A stretch of DNA of 64,000 nt from the IMG/VR virus record IMGVR_UViG_3300035703_000010, positions 124,001 through 188,000 of that record; one strand, 5' to 3'. The translations under genes were made by a program, and so were the position numbers. The notes under the pieces are model-generated. The model was not told where the DNA came from. It saw only the letters and a list, made by a program, of their open reading frames with translations, and did not search any database. Every line of letters begins with the position of its first letter. Within the stretch, counting starts at the first letter, position 1. Shown here one piece after another: positions 35,515-44,531 of this stretch.

Positions 35515-36483
35515 ATGAAAACCAAGAAAGCACTATTAACAGGCGCAGCTGGATTTATTGGAAGCAACTTGGCAAAAGAACTTTTGTCTAAAGGCGTAGA
35601 CTTAGATGTTGTTGATGATCTTTCAAGCGGTCATGTAGAGTTTTTACCTCAGCAGCTTCAAGAAACGTTAATAAAAGAGGATTTTTCATCACAAAATGTT
35701 TTAGATTTGATTAAAAACAAAAAATATGATGCTGTTTTTCACATTGCAGCAATTCCTCGAGTCAGCTATTCTGTAGATTTTCCAGTACAAACAAATGACA
35801 ATAACGTATCTAAGACCCTGTCATTAATTGATGCTTGTAGAGGTAATGTAGGAAGATTTGTTTTTGCTTCTTCATCATCAGTGTACGGCGATACGAATAT
35901 TTTACCAACTCCTGTTACATGTGAAAAAAATCCTAAATCTCCATATGCATTACAAAAATCTATCATAGAAGATTATTTGAAAATTTATTACAATTTGTAT
36001 GGATTGGACTCTGCTTGCTTAAGGTTTTTTAACGTATTCGGTCCTCATCAGCTTGGAAATTCTCCGTATTCTACTGCTTTAGGGGCTTGGTTGACTGCAA
36101 TCCATTCTGGAAATCAAATGCGATCTGATGGAGACGGATCACAATCCAGAGATTTATGTTATGTTGATAACGTTGTTGACGTTTGTATAAGAGCAGCAGA
36201 GTCCCAACAAGAATTAAAAGCCGTTAAATTAAACGTAGCTTGCGGAGTAAGAACTACGAATAAAGAAATTCTTTCTTACCTTTTATCCAAATATCCAAAT
36301 GCAAAATATTATGATGCACCATGGAGACCAGGTGACGTAATGCATACATTAGCTGATATTTCTATGACAAAGGAAGTTTTAGGTTATGAGCCTTTAGTCC
36401 TTCCTTGGGAAGGGATTGATAAAACCATTAAATGGTATGATGAAAATTGGGATATGATTAAAACTCTAGGTCTTTCAAAATGA
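35515..36483 (+). CDS. Second NAD-dependent NDP-sugar epimerase (GalE/WbpP-like)
   Basis: TGAAGFIGS, FASSSSVYG, YALQK, LRFFNVFGP, GDGSQSRD. Confidence 0.92.
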   Translation: MKTKKALLTGAAGFIGSNLAKELLSKGVDLDVVDDLSSGHVEFLPQQLQETLIKEDFSSQNVLDLIKNKKYDAVFHIAAIPRVSYSVDFPVQTNDNNVSKTLSLIDACRGNVGRFVFASSSSVYGDTNILPTPVTCEKNPKSPYALQKSIIEDYLKIYYNLYGLDSACLRFFNVFGPHQLGNSPYSTALGAWLTAIHSGNQMRSDGDGSQSRDLCYVDNVVDVCIRAAESQQELKAVKLNVACGVRTTNKEILSYLLSKYPNAKYYDAPWRPGDVMHTLADISMTKEVLGYEPLVLPWEGIDKTIKWYDENWDMIKTLGLSK

Positions 36484-37481
36484 AAGTTTACGAGAATTTC
36501 ACTGAAGCTTACGTCGACATTGTCAAAGATGTCTATACAGAGCCTGAATTCATTTCGTCTCCTCGCGGAATGAAGATCAAGGAGATCTTGGGATACCAAT
36601 TCAAGATCCTTAATCCTCGAAACAGAATTCCTTATGTTCCTGGAAGAGAGCTGTCGATCCACTACATGATCGCAGAGCTTCTTTGGTATTTGAGCGGAAA
36701 TGATTCAACGGATTGGATCTCGAACTATTCTGCTTTCTGGTCAAAGATCTCAGATGACGGCAAGACGGCCAACAGCGCTTATGGCGCTCGTATTTTCAAG
36801 CCTCATGATAGAATCGCAGCTAAGGTAAAACAGGACTGGACCCAATGGAATTATGTCGTAAATGAACTAAAGTCCGACCCTGATTCTCGCCGTGCCGTTG
36901 TTCATATCAGGTCTCCGCAGGATTCCATTCTTGCTAGCCTTGATGTGCCGTGTACTTTATCTCTTCAATTCTTTTTGAGGAATGACAAGGTTCACATGGT
37001 AACATCCATGAGATCATCCGATGTTATCCTTGGTTTAGCTTATGATGTTCCAGCATTTACTATCTTCCAAGAACTTTTGGCTCTTCAACTTACTCTAGAG
37101 CTAGGTCGTCCTATTGGTCTTGGGACATACACTCATTTAAGCGCTTCTCTTCATTTGTACGAGAGGCATTTTAAAATGGCAGAAAAAATACTTGAGGAAG
37201 ATAAGAAGCAGGATTATAGAAATGTTTTAGAGATGCCTCCTATGCCTTCTATGCCTCCGCTTGATGATCTGATGGTAGCGGAACGTGAGATTAAAAAGTG
37301 TATGACGGTTCCTGTTCTTTCAAGGGCGATTAATAACATCAACTTGAAAAGTGATTATTGGAACGATTGGTGTAGAGTTTTAGCATCTCATAAAGCTATT
37401 AAACTAAACGATGAACAAGCTTGTAACGAATTACTTTCTAATACAAAATTTGAAGGATACAGGTATTTCATAAAATCATGA
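36480..37481 (+). CDS. Thymidylate-synthase-fold enzyme, probably dCMP hydroxymethylase (T4 gp42-like)
   Basis: AELLWYLSG, AYGARI, DPDSRRAV, catalytic PC158T, MRSSD. Residue 189 is Asp where ThyA has the dUMP-specifying Asn. Confidence 0.8.
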   Translation: MKVYENFTEAYVDIVKDVYTEPEFISSPRGMKIKEILGYQFKILNPRNRIPYVPGRELSIHYMIAELLWYLSGNDSTDWISNYSAFWSKISDDGKTANSAYGARIFKPHDRIAAKVKQDWTQWNYVVNELKSDPDSRRAVVHIRSPQDSILASLDVPCTLSLQFFLRNDKVHMVTSMRSSDVILGLAYDVPAFTIFQELLALQLTLELGRPIGLGTYTHLSASLHLYERHFKMAEKILEEDKKQDYRNVLEMPPMPSMPPLDDLMVAEREIKKCMTVPVLSRAINNINLKSDYWNDWCRVLASHKAIKLNDEQACNELLSNTKFEGYRYFIKS

Positions 37482-38056
37482 CTACGACATTTACTGTATT
37501 TTGTGGACCCATGTTTTCTGCTAAGACCACATCTTTGTTGTCTGTTTTAGACAGGTTTAAATATCAAGGTAAGAAGATTGCAGTTTTTAAACCCATGCTA
37601 GATGATCGATACAGTGTAGATAACATATCAACTCATGGAGGATGGAAAATTCCTGCAACTTGCGTAAAATTAGGAACCGATATTCTTGAGCATCTTGCAA
37701 ATATGGATGAAAATCCTAATGTAATTGCAGTAGATGAAGCTTTTATGATTCCTGGAGTTGCCGATGTTCTTATTTGGTTGTATCGAAGCGGTTATTCTAT
37801 CGTTGTTTCCAGTTTAGACTTGTCAGCAACTGGAAAGTCATTTAATGAAATCGAAAAAATGCTTCCTTGGGCAACTAAGGTCGAAAAACTAAGCGCAGTT
37901 TGTACAGTATGTAATAAAGATGCTTTTTACACATATAAAAAGCAAACAGGCGGAGATGAGATTGAAGTAGGAGGCGTTGAATTGTATGAGCCTAGATGTT
38001 CTAGATGCCATCCTATAATTCTAAATCAAGATAGAAATTATGCCATGAAGGATTGA
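37478..38056 (+). CDS. tdk: Thymidine kinase
   Basis: GPMFSAKT, FKPMLDDRY, IAVDEA, KLSAVCTVC, YEPRCSRC. Confidence 0.9.
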   Translation: MTTTFTVFCGPMFSAKTTSLLSVLDRFKYQGKKIAVFKPMLDDRYSVDNISTHGGWKIPATCVKLGTDILEHLANMDENPNVIAVDEAFMIPGVADVLIWLYRSGYSIVVSSLDLSATGKSFNEIEKMLPWATKVEKLSAVCTVCNKDAFYTYKKQTGGDEIEVGGVELYEPRCSRCHPIILNQDRNYAMKD

Positions 38057-38059
38057 TTT

Positions 38060-38539
38060 ATGTCAAATTCTTTAGAACGTAGTATTCAAAAATTGAGCGT
38101 TTTCATGAAAATGTGCAATGAATTGTCTACGCTGTCATATGATGACAAATATAAAGTTGCTTCTATAATAATAACGAAGGATTATAGAGAAGTTTGTGCT
38201 ATAGGATATAATGGAGGATACAAAGGCGGTCCTAATAAAAGATCATCTTTAGAACAAGGAAAATCAGGGTTTTTGCATGCTGAAGAGAATGCATTGTTCC
38301 ATTTATGCAAACCTTATGAACTTAGAGGTGATCTTTTGATGCTATGCACTCATAAACCATGTTCAATGTGCGCAAGAAGAATTGTCAATAGTGGGATTAA
38401 GAACATTATCTATTATTCTGATTATATTGATGCAGAAGCCGCTTCCGATGATATTTTTAAGGTTACTGGAACTTCTTGTGTTAAATTTGATCAACTTTTG
38501 CAGAATCCAGCTATTATCCTGAATATTCTAGAGTCCTGA
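38060..38539 (+). CDS. dCMP deaminase family protein
   Basis: AIGYNG, HAEENAL, PCSMCA. Confidence 0.88.
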   Translation: MSNSLERSIQKLSVFMKMCNELSTLSYDDKYKVASIIITKDYREVCAIGYNGGYKGGPNKRSSLEQGKSGFLHAEENALFHLCKPYELRGDLLMLCTHKPCSMCARRIVNSGIKNIIYYSDYIDAEAASDDIFKVTGTSCVKFDQLLQNPAIILNILES

Positions 38540-38567
38540 TCGATAATTACTTAGAAGCGGAGTTGTT

Positions 38568-38933
38568 ATGAAGCATAAGCTTACAGAAAATTACATTATC
38601 AATATTATGAGAGAAGAATGGCAAAAAAAAATTAATTCTTTAATCTCAGAATCAAAGAAAGAAAAGCCGCGTGGTCTTCGCATGCAGGTTGATGTTGACG
38701 GCGACGGAAATAAAGAAAACGTTATAGACGTTGGATTACGAGTTCAAAAAAAGAAGCCTGACGATAAAAGGATCAATGTAAAAAGTGATCCTTCCATGGG
38801 TTTAGTATATACGGTTGTTTCAGTAAATGAACGAGATGGTACAATAACGTTAGGACGTCCAGGATCAGGAGACGGAGATAAAACAATAGTTATAACTAAA
38901 CAAGCTTTTGAAAGCGAATACGAAAGAAAGTGA
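38568..38933 (+). CDS. Hypothetical protein with 'KLTENYIINIMREE' N-terminus
   Basis: Preceded by ATAATTACTTA at 38543. Confidence 0.6.
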   Translation: MKHKLTENYIINIMREEWQKKINSLISESKKEKPRGLRMQVDVDGDGNKENVIDVGLRVQKKKPDDKRINVKSDPSMGLVYTVVSVNERDGTITLGRPGSGDGDKTIVITKQAFESEYERK

Positions 38934-38943
38934 TAATAACATC

Positions 38944-39675
38944 ATGAACATTAAATCTTTAGGCGTAGATTTAGATAACATCTTAAAAGATGTTGTGAAA
39001 AATTCTATTAAAACACAAACAAATCAGTTACCAACTATTGAAAAGTTAGATGAAGCTTATGTTGCTGAACCAAAGGTTTTTAAGCAAGTATCAGAATTTT
39101 CTACACAAAAAACTAAAGATTCACATGATGCGTTATACAAAGGTTATGTAGAGTCATTAAACAAAATTTCTGCCGAATTAGATTCAGCCGATCGATCTTC
39201 TGCTGATTCAAAGCATTCTCAATATCGTTCTTTAAAGCTTGATGAAGTTTATAATTTAAATGCAACATGGCTTCATGAACTATATTTTGCAAATGCATTT
39301 GATCCTCATTCTGAAATTACCATGGATTCTTTATCATACATGAGGCTTGAACGCGATTTCGGAACTTTTGAAGATTGGCAAAGAGATTTTATGGCATGTG
39401 CAATGTCAGCCGGTAGCGGATGGGCAGTTTGCGGATATCACATGTTTCTTCAACGATACGTTAATACAGTAATAAGCAATCACAGTGATAATGTAATGTT
39501 GGGACTTTATCCCATTATCGTTGTAGACATGTGGGAACATGCTTATTATCGTGATTATCTAAATGACAAAAAGAGTCATTTAGTTGCAAGAATGAGAGAA
39601 TTTGATTGGGAAGTTATCGAAGAAAGAATTAAAAAAGCAGAACTATTCGCCCAGACGCTAAAGGTGAACCGATGA
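38944..39675 (+). CDS. Fe/Mn superoxide dismutase with an N-terminal extension
   Basis: Four metal ligands present: SH(DALY), LH(ELYF) and DMWEH (D, H); also GSGW. About 40 extra N-terminal residues. Confidence 0.8.
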   Translation: MNIKSLGVDLDNILKDVVKNSIKTQTNQLPTIEKLDEAYVAEPKVFKQVSEFSTQKTKDSHDALYKGYVESLNKISAELDSADRSSADSKHSQYRSLKLDEVYNLNATWLHELYFANAFDPHSEITMDSLSYMRLERDFGTFEDWQRDFMACAMSAGSGWAVCGYHMFLQRYVNTVISNHSDNVMLGLYPIIVVDMWEHAYYRDYLNDKKSHLVARMREFDWEVIEERIKKAELFAQTLKVNR

Positions 39676-40226
39676 CTCGAAAATTAGACGTTTTTAAATT
39701 AAAGAAAATAATTCAGGAACAAGTAAAGCTAGTTCTTGAACAAAAAGAAAAAAAAGAAATTGAAGATTCTTTAGATCAACAAGTTGATGATCTGCTAGCA
39801 TCCTATGAATCTGAATCAAGATCAAAGAAAAATGAAGGTTTAGATTTTAGAATGATGACTCGCAGGTTTTTATCTTCAACAACTCGTACTTTAGTAGAAG
39901 CACAAGATGAAGATAAAAAAGAAGAAGAACCTTCAGAAGAAAAGAAAAAATTAACAATTGAAGATATTGATGTTGAAGAATTTGCTTCAAACGTGGCAAG
40001 AATGATTGAGAATTATGATTCTTTGCTTGAAGTAAGAAATACTCTTGCTAGAAGAGCTGTCAATTTTTTAATTGAAAACTATGAAGAAGACGTCGTTAAT
40101 CAATTCAAAGACGTATTAGAAGAAGTACACGATATTGAAATAGGAAAGTCAAAAGCAGAAATTGAAGATGAGAATTTTCAAGCACCACCAGCTGATCGTG
40201 CCGGAGGTGGTGGAGGTGCCGCTTGA
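39672..40226 (+). CDS. Acidic hypothetical protein with 'KLKKIIQEQ' N-terminus
   Basis: ORF coupled to sod; shared N-terminal helix motif. Confidence 0.6.
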   Translation: MTRKLDVFKLKKIIQEQVKLVLEQKEKKEIEDSLDQQVDDLLASYESESRSKKNEGLDFRMMTRRFLSSTTRTLVEAQDEDKKEEEPSEEKKKLTIEDIDVEEFASNVARMIENYDSLLEVRNTLARRAVNFLIENYEEDVVNQFKDVLEEVHDIEIGKSKAEIEDENFQAPPADRAGGGGGAA

Positions 40227-40525
40227 TTCGTACTGATATTCTTTACGATAAAAAGTGCATTCATGTTAAGTTAACGAAAAATACTCATTTAAAATTAAGA
40301 GAAAAATTATTTCAGTATCAACTTTCAATGCAATCAGTTTTTGATGAATTTGCAAGACTGATAATAGAAGATGATAAAGTTGCAATTAAAGTATTAGAAG
40401 ATCTTTGCTTAAGACGAGCAAAATTAGAACTTGAAAAACCTATAAAAAAGACAACTTCATATAATAGAGATCGCATTAATGAACTAGATCATAATACGTT
40501 GTATAATATGATCAACGATGACTGA
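40223..40525 (+). CDS. Hypothetical protein
   Basis: Overlapping-start ORF in the operon. Confidence 0.55.
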   Translation: MIRTDILYDKKCIHVKLTKNTHLKLREKLFQYQLSMQSVFDEFARLIIEDDKVAIKVLEDLCLRRAKLELEKPIKKTTSYNRDRINELDHNTLYNMINDD

Positions 40526-40817
40526 AGAAAAAAAACAAAAAGAAGATAGACCAAAGATAAAATTATTTGATTATATCTTTGAGTCTTCAATCAAGTCTTC
40601 AAAAACAATACAAGGTATTGTTGCTGAGTTAGTCTTATTGACTGAAGACATACGTTCATTACGCGATACACTATTGGCACTATCAAAGGTCATACAAGTT
40701 CATCAAGGTATCATAGAAGATATTTGCATTGCATTTGAGCATGCTGCGAAGCAAGCTAAAAAAGATGAAATTTTATTACCTACGATTAAAGACGCAAAAA
40801 AGGATAAACTTAACTAA
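40518..40817 (+). CDS. Hypothetical coiled-coil protein
   Basis: ORF in the operon with a heptad-like central helix. Confidence 0.55.
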   Translation: MTEEKKQKEDRPKIKLFDYIFESSIKSSKTIQGIVAELVLLTEDIRSLRDTLLALSKVIQVHQGIIEDICIAFEHAAKQAKKDEILLPTIKDAKKDKLN

Positions 40818-41207
40818 ATGACTTGGAATAAAGTTTTAAAAACTGCAAAAAAATATTGGCAATATGTTGCTTTATTTTTTGTTGGTATTTTTGGATTTAT
40901 AATTTTTAGAAAAAAAGAAGTTGCTTCTGATGATCAAAAATCTTCTAGAGATTCAAAAAACAATCAATTAGACCAAATTGACGTTATAAGAAAAGATGAA
41001 CGAGATCAACAAGATGCAGTTGATAAAACTCTTGAAGATGGATTAAAAGTTGTTGAACAGCAGTATGAGCAACAAAAGAAAGAATTGACGCAAAAGAAAA
41101 AAGAAGAAATAAAGAACGTTTTAGAAATGCACAAAAATGATCCAGTCGGATTAGCAAAAAAACTGTCAGAGGTGACTGGATTTAAAATTATAATGCCAGA
41201 AGAATGA
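40818..41207 (+). CDS. N-terminally membrane-anchored coiled-coil protein (i-spanin-like architecture)
   Basis: TM segment YVALFFVGIFGFIIF followed by a charged coiled coil. Confidence 0.5.
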   Translation: MTWNKVLKTAKKYWQYVALFFVGIFGFIIFRKKEVASDDQKSSRDSKNNQLDQIDVIRKDERDQQDAVDKTLEDGLKVVEQQYEQQKKELTQKKKEEIKNVLEMHKNDPVGLAKKLSEVTGFKIIMPEE

Positions 41208-41779
41208 GATATATGAAAAATAAATTAATTAATTTAGTTGTAGCTTTGTCTATTACGATGTCTTCAGTCTCTAATGCAGATGATTATTCTTTGAGTCCAG
41301 ACCCTGAAGAAGCAATAGACATTAACGTCGTTCCAAAAACAACGACGTTAACATTTCCAGAAATTCCAGAAATTCCAGAATCAGAACCTGATGTTGGTGA
41401 AGCAATTTCTCCAATGAAAAGATGGCAAAGGGCTCCTTTTACGGGCTTATTGCTTTCTCCAAGAGCTATTGCTTCTATCATGTATGATCTTCAAGAAAAA
41501 CAAGATTTAATTGAAATTGAAGTCAATAAAGTAACAAAGAAGCTTAATTTATTGCACAATCACGAAATATCAATTTTAAAGATTAGAAATGAATCAGATT
41601 CAAAAATTGATAAACTAAGAATTGAAGAACAGAAGAAAGAAATTGAAAAGCTTGATCTTCAAATAAAAAAAGAAAGAGAAAGCCGTCCTGATCCACTACT
41701 ATGGGCATCAATCGGAGCAGGGGCAGGAATTGTATTAACAACACTAACGGCTGCAGTTATTGTTTCAGTTGGAAAATAA
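41204..41779 (+). CDS. Secreted/membrane protein with signal peptide and C-terminal TM
   Basis: Signal-like LINLVVALSITMSSVSNA-DD, a coiled coil, then LLWASIGAGAGIVLTTLTAAVIV. Confidence 0.55.
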   Translation: MRYMKNKLINLVVALSITMSSVSNADDYSLSPDPEEAIDINVVPKTTTLTFPEIPEIPESEPDVGEAISPMKRWQRAPFTGLLLSPRAIASIMYDLQEKQDLIEIEVNKVTKKLNLLHNHEISILKIRNESDSKIDKLRIEEQKKEIEKLDLQIKKERESRPDPLLWASIGAGAGIVLTTLTAAVIVSVGK

Positions 41780-41789
41780 ATGAAATAGA

Positions 41790-42110
41790 ATGGTGGAAAA
41801 AATGGTAAAAAAATCGCAAGAAGATAAAAAAGTTCAAGACGCTCAGCAAAAAGAAAATAAAGTTCCTTGGTGGTGGATGAGAAATGATAAGGGACTTCAG
41901 TCTGTTTCAGTTACGTTTTCAGCTGTTTCTTTTATTGTTACCACTTTAATTTACTTAGGATCTGCATTTGAAAAAATAGGTCCAATCACGTTTAGGCCGT
42001 TTGACGTATCTGCAGCAATGACATATTTTATTCCTGTATTATCTTTGTATTTCGGCAGAAGACTTACTGATGCAAAATACAACGTTACGAATAAAAATGA
42101 CGCAGTCTGA
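41790..42110 (+). CDS. Small two-TM membrane protein (holin-like)
   Basis: Two hydrophobic segments and a C-terminal YFGRR; charged N-terminus. Confidence 0.5.
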   Translation: MVEKMVKKSQEDKKVQDAQQKENKVPWWWMRNDKGLQSVSVTFSAVSFIVTTLIYLGSAFEKIGPITFRPFDVSAAMTYFIPVLSLYFGRRLTDAKYNVTNKNDAV

Positions 42111-42131
42111 TAATACTTATCGACATTCGAC

Positions 42132-42989
42132 ATGCATCATATTTTAATAACAGAATCATCTCTACGAGAATTGTTAAAAGAAATAATGGACTCATCTGCT
42201 CCTGTTAATGTAAACCCAGTAGTAGATCCACAGGCAGCAGAAACAAATCCTACAAATCAAAATTTTTCTCCTGACAATAAAATAGAATTAATGTCTGCAT
42301 TAAGAATGTTGGTAAATTCTGTAAATGATGAAGATGCTAACGATGTATACGTCGCAATTAAAGATGCAATAGAAGAAAAGGAAGATGAAATGAAAAAGGC
42401 TAACGTTGAAGAAGCAATTCGTATGACAATTAGAAAGATGCTAACTGAAGTGAACGATGATGATAGTGAAGACGATCTTCCAGGTCTTCCACCAGTAACA
42501 AAAATTCCAGCTGGACAACATGGTTCAGAGTTCATGAAAAGATTTGAGAAGTCAAAAGCAGGATTACAAAAAACGTTTTCATCCATGAGAGATGAAGATT
42601 ATGAACAACCTAGAGCAGATGAGCCTGCAGCTGGTAGAGGAAGAAAAAACGTAATGATGACAGACGTTAGCGGTGCATCATTTAAAGATATAGCAAAAGA
42701 GATGGGTTTTGCAGCTGAGTCAGGGGCAAAACAAGCTGTAGAGAAAGCATTATCAAAAGCAAAATTCGTTATGAAAATGGATTTAATGGATCCAGAACAA
42801 TTAGAAATTATCGTTCTTCAAAGCATGAAAGATTACATTGATGTATTGAAGAATACAGGAGAACTTGACACAGCAGAAGTCAAGATATTAAAAGATAACC
42901 CAGGAATAGTTCGAGAATTAGATGGATTCAGAGAATTTTTGGATAAAGAATTAAGAAAAGTAAGAAAATCCAACGAAGGCGAAGAATGA
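42132..42989 (+). CDS. Hypothetical protein with 'ITESSLRELLKE' N-terminus and an internal HTH-like segment
   Basis: ATACTTA at 42113; internal GASFKDIAKEMGFAAESGAKQAVEKAL. Confidence 0.6.
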   Translation: MHHILITESSLRELLKEIMDSSAPVNVNPVVDPQAAETNPTNQNFSPDNKIELMSALRMLVNSVNDEDANDVYVAIKDAIEEKEDEMKKANVEEAIRMTIRKMLTEVNDDDSEDDLPGLPPVTKIPAGQHGSEFMKRFEKSKAGLQKTFSSMRDEDYEQPRADEPAAGRGRKNVMMTDVSGASFKDIAKEMGFAAESGAKQAVEKALSKAKFVMKMDLMDPEQLEIIVLQSMKDYIDVLKNTGELDTAEVKILKDNPGIVRELDGFREFLDKELRKVRKSNEGEE

Positions 42990-42993
42990 TAAT

Positions 42994-43752
42994 ATGAATG
43001 TTCAAGAAGCCATAGTAGCAGCCGTTCAGTTTGAACCTAAAATACTTAAAGTTCATGAAAACCTTGGTACGGCAGTTCAGCTTGTTCATGAAGCAGCTGC
43101 TAAAGGAGCTTCTGTTATCGTTCTTCCTGAACTTTGTATTAGCGGATACGCTTTAAGAAATTCTTCTGAGGCAATGGAATGTGCTCAAACAAGAGATGGG
43201 TATCAAACTCAAGCCTTTAAAAGAATTGCTGAAAATTATAATTGTCATGTAGTTTTAGGATACGTAGAACTTAGAGACGGTAATCTTTATAATTCTGCTG
43301 GAGTAATAGGTCCTACTGGGTTGGTTTCAAACCATCAAAAACATAATCTTTGGGGTAGTGATTATCTTTGGGCAACCCCATCTGATGCAATCAATCCAGT
43401 AGTGATTACAAGAGCTGGAAGATTAGGCACACTTATTTGCCGCGACGCGATGAACAATTATAGAAATTCTTATAAGTTTTTTAATGAAAACCATCGTTTC
43501 TATAAAAAAGGATCTATAGATACATTAGCACTATTAACCAACTGGAGCGGTGAGTATGGCTATCCAGATAATAACTGGGTTGATTTAGCTGAAGAAACAT
43601 GTTCAAACGTCATCGTTTCTAACAGGGTTGGCAAAGAAAGAGACTTAAGTTTCAAAGGCGGATCATGCATCATCGATAAAAATCGAAAGATTTGGTCTAA
43701 TGGTTCATCATTTACCGAATCAGCAGTCGTCGGTGGAGTCATTCTTTTATGA
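42994..43752 (+). CDS. Carbon-nitrogen hydrolase (nitrilase superfamily)
   Basis: AAVQF, LPEL (E), HQKHNL (K), LICRD (C): complete E-K-C triad. Confidence 0.88.
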   Translation: MNVQEAIVAAVQFEPKILKVHENLGTAVQLVHEAAAKGASVIVLPELCISGYALRNSSEAMECAQTRDGYQTQAFKRIAENYNCHVVLGYVELRDGNLYNSAGVIGPTGLVSNHQKHNLWGSDYLWATPSDAINPVVITRAGRLGTLICRDAMNNYRNSYKFFNENHRFYKKGSIDTLALLTNWSGEYGYPDNNWVDLAEETCSNVIVSNRVGKERDLSFKGGSCIIDKNRKIWSNGSSFTESAVVGGVILL

Positions 43753-44120
43753 AGCTAGTTGATTTAAATAGAGATTTTATAGAAAGAACAGTTAAACCTG
43801 TCGTTTCTGGTCTACCGATTAAGGTCTCAAATCCTGACAAATTAATCATTCCAATAGAAAAATGGAAGATTGATAAAGATAAGAAACTTACAAAAAAGTT
43901 TATCTTTGAATCGTACGAAGACAGAAATAGATTTCTTACTTCGATGTTATCGTACGAATTTCAATTAGGCCATCATGCATCTTTTGAGATGCATGAGCTT
44001 GAAATAAAAATATCTTTGTTGACTAAAGGCGTAGAAAAAATAACTGAACTTGATAAAGAATATGCTAAGTATGCGGACACGGTCCGAAGAGATTTAGTAT
44101 ATAAATTTAAAAATGATTGA
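43749..44120 (+). CDS. Pterin-4-alpha-carbinolamine dehydratase-like protein
   Basis: W...KLTKKFIF...GHHA...ITELDKEYAK. Confidence 0.65.
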   Translation: MKLVDLNRDFIERTVKPVVSGLPIKVSNPDKLIIPIEKWKIDKDKKLTKKFIFESYEDRNRFLTSMLSYEFQLGHHASFEMHELEIKISLLTKGVEKITELDKEYAKYADTVRRDLVYKFKND

Positions 44121-44487
44121 CATAGACGATAAGCTAATGATGAGTGAGGAATTAATAGGCTTAATTCCAGATCTTGAAGAATATCATAAAGAAAATAAGC
44201 CGTTTATTTCTTATAAACTTTTAGGAAATGAATCTGCTTTTAGTTTCTACTTAAATTCAATTTCGGCAGGAAATACATTTTTTATAGAATATTTCTGCGA
44301 CTTGAAATCTTCATTAGAAATTACAAAAAATTATAATGAAATTGTAATAGAAGAATTTAATTTAATTTATAATGAGTTCATTTCTTCATTCGAAGGGCCA
44401 TTTAAGATTTTAAACGTATCGTTAAAACCAAGTAGCCAATCTGATAAGTCATTCTTATTACGTTTAGATTTAATCAAAGACGTGTAA
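44113..44487 (+). CDS. Hypothetical protein
   Basis: ORF in the operon. Confidence 0.5.
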   Translation: MIDIDDKLMMSEELIGLIPDLEEYHKENKPFISYKLLGNESAFSFYLNSISAGNTFFIEYFCDLKSSLEITKNYNEIVIEEFNLIYNEFISSFEGPFKILNVSLKPSSQSDKSFLLRLDLIKDV

Positions 44488-44531
44488 GTTATGTTTTTGT
44501 TTGTTCATCCTATTTATTAAAGGAGCGTATC

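Noticed and set aside
36480-37481. Annotation as ordinary thymidylate synthase thyA
   Set aside because: It has Asp rather than Asn at the specificity position, and ThyX is already present.
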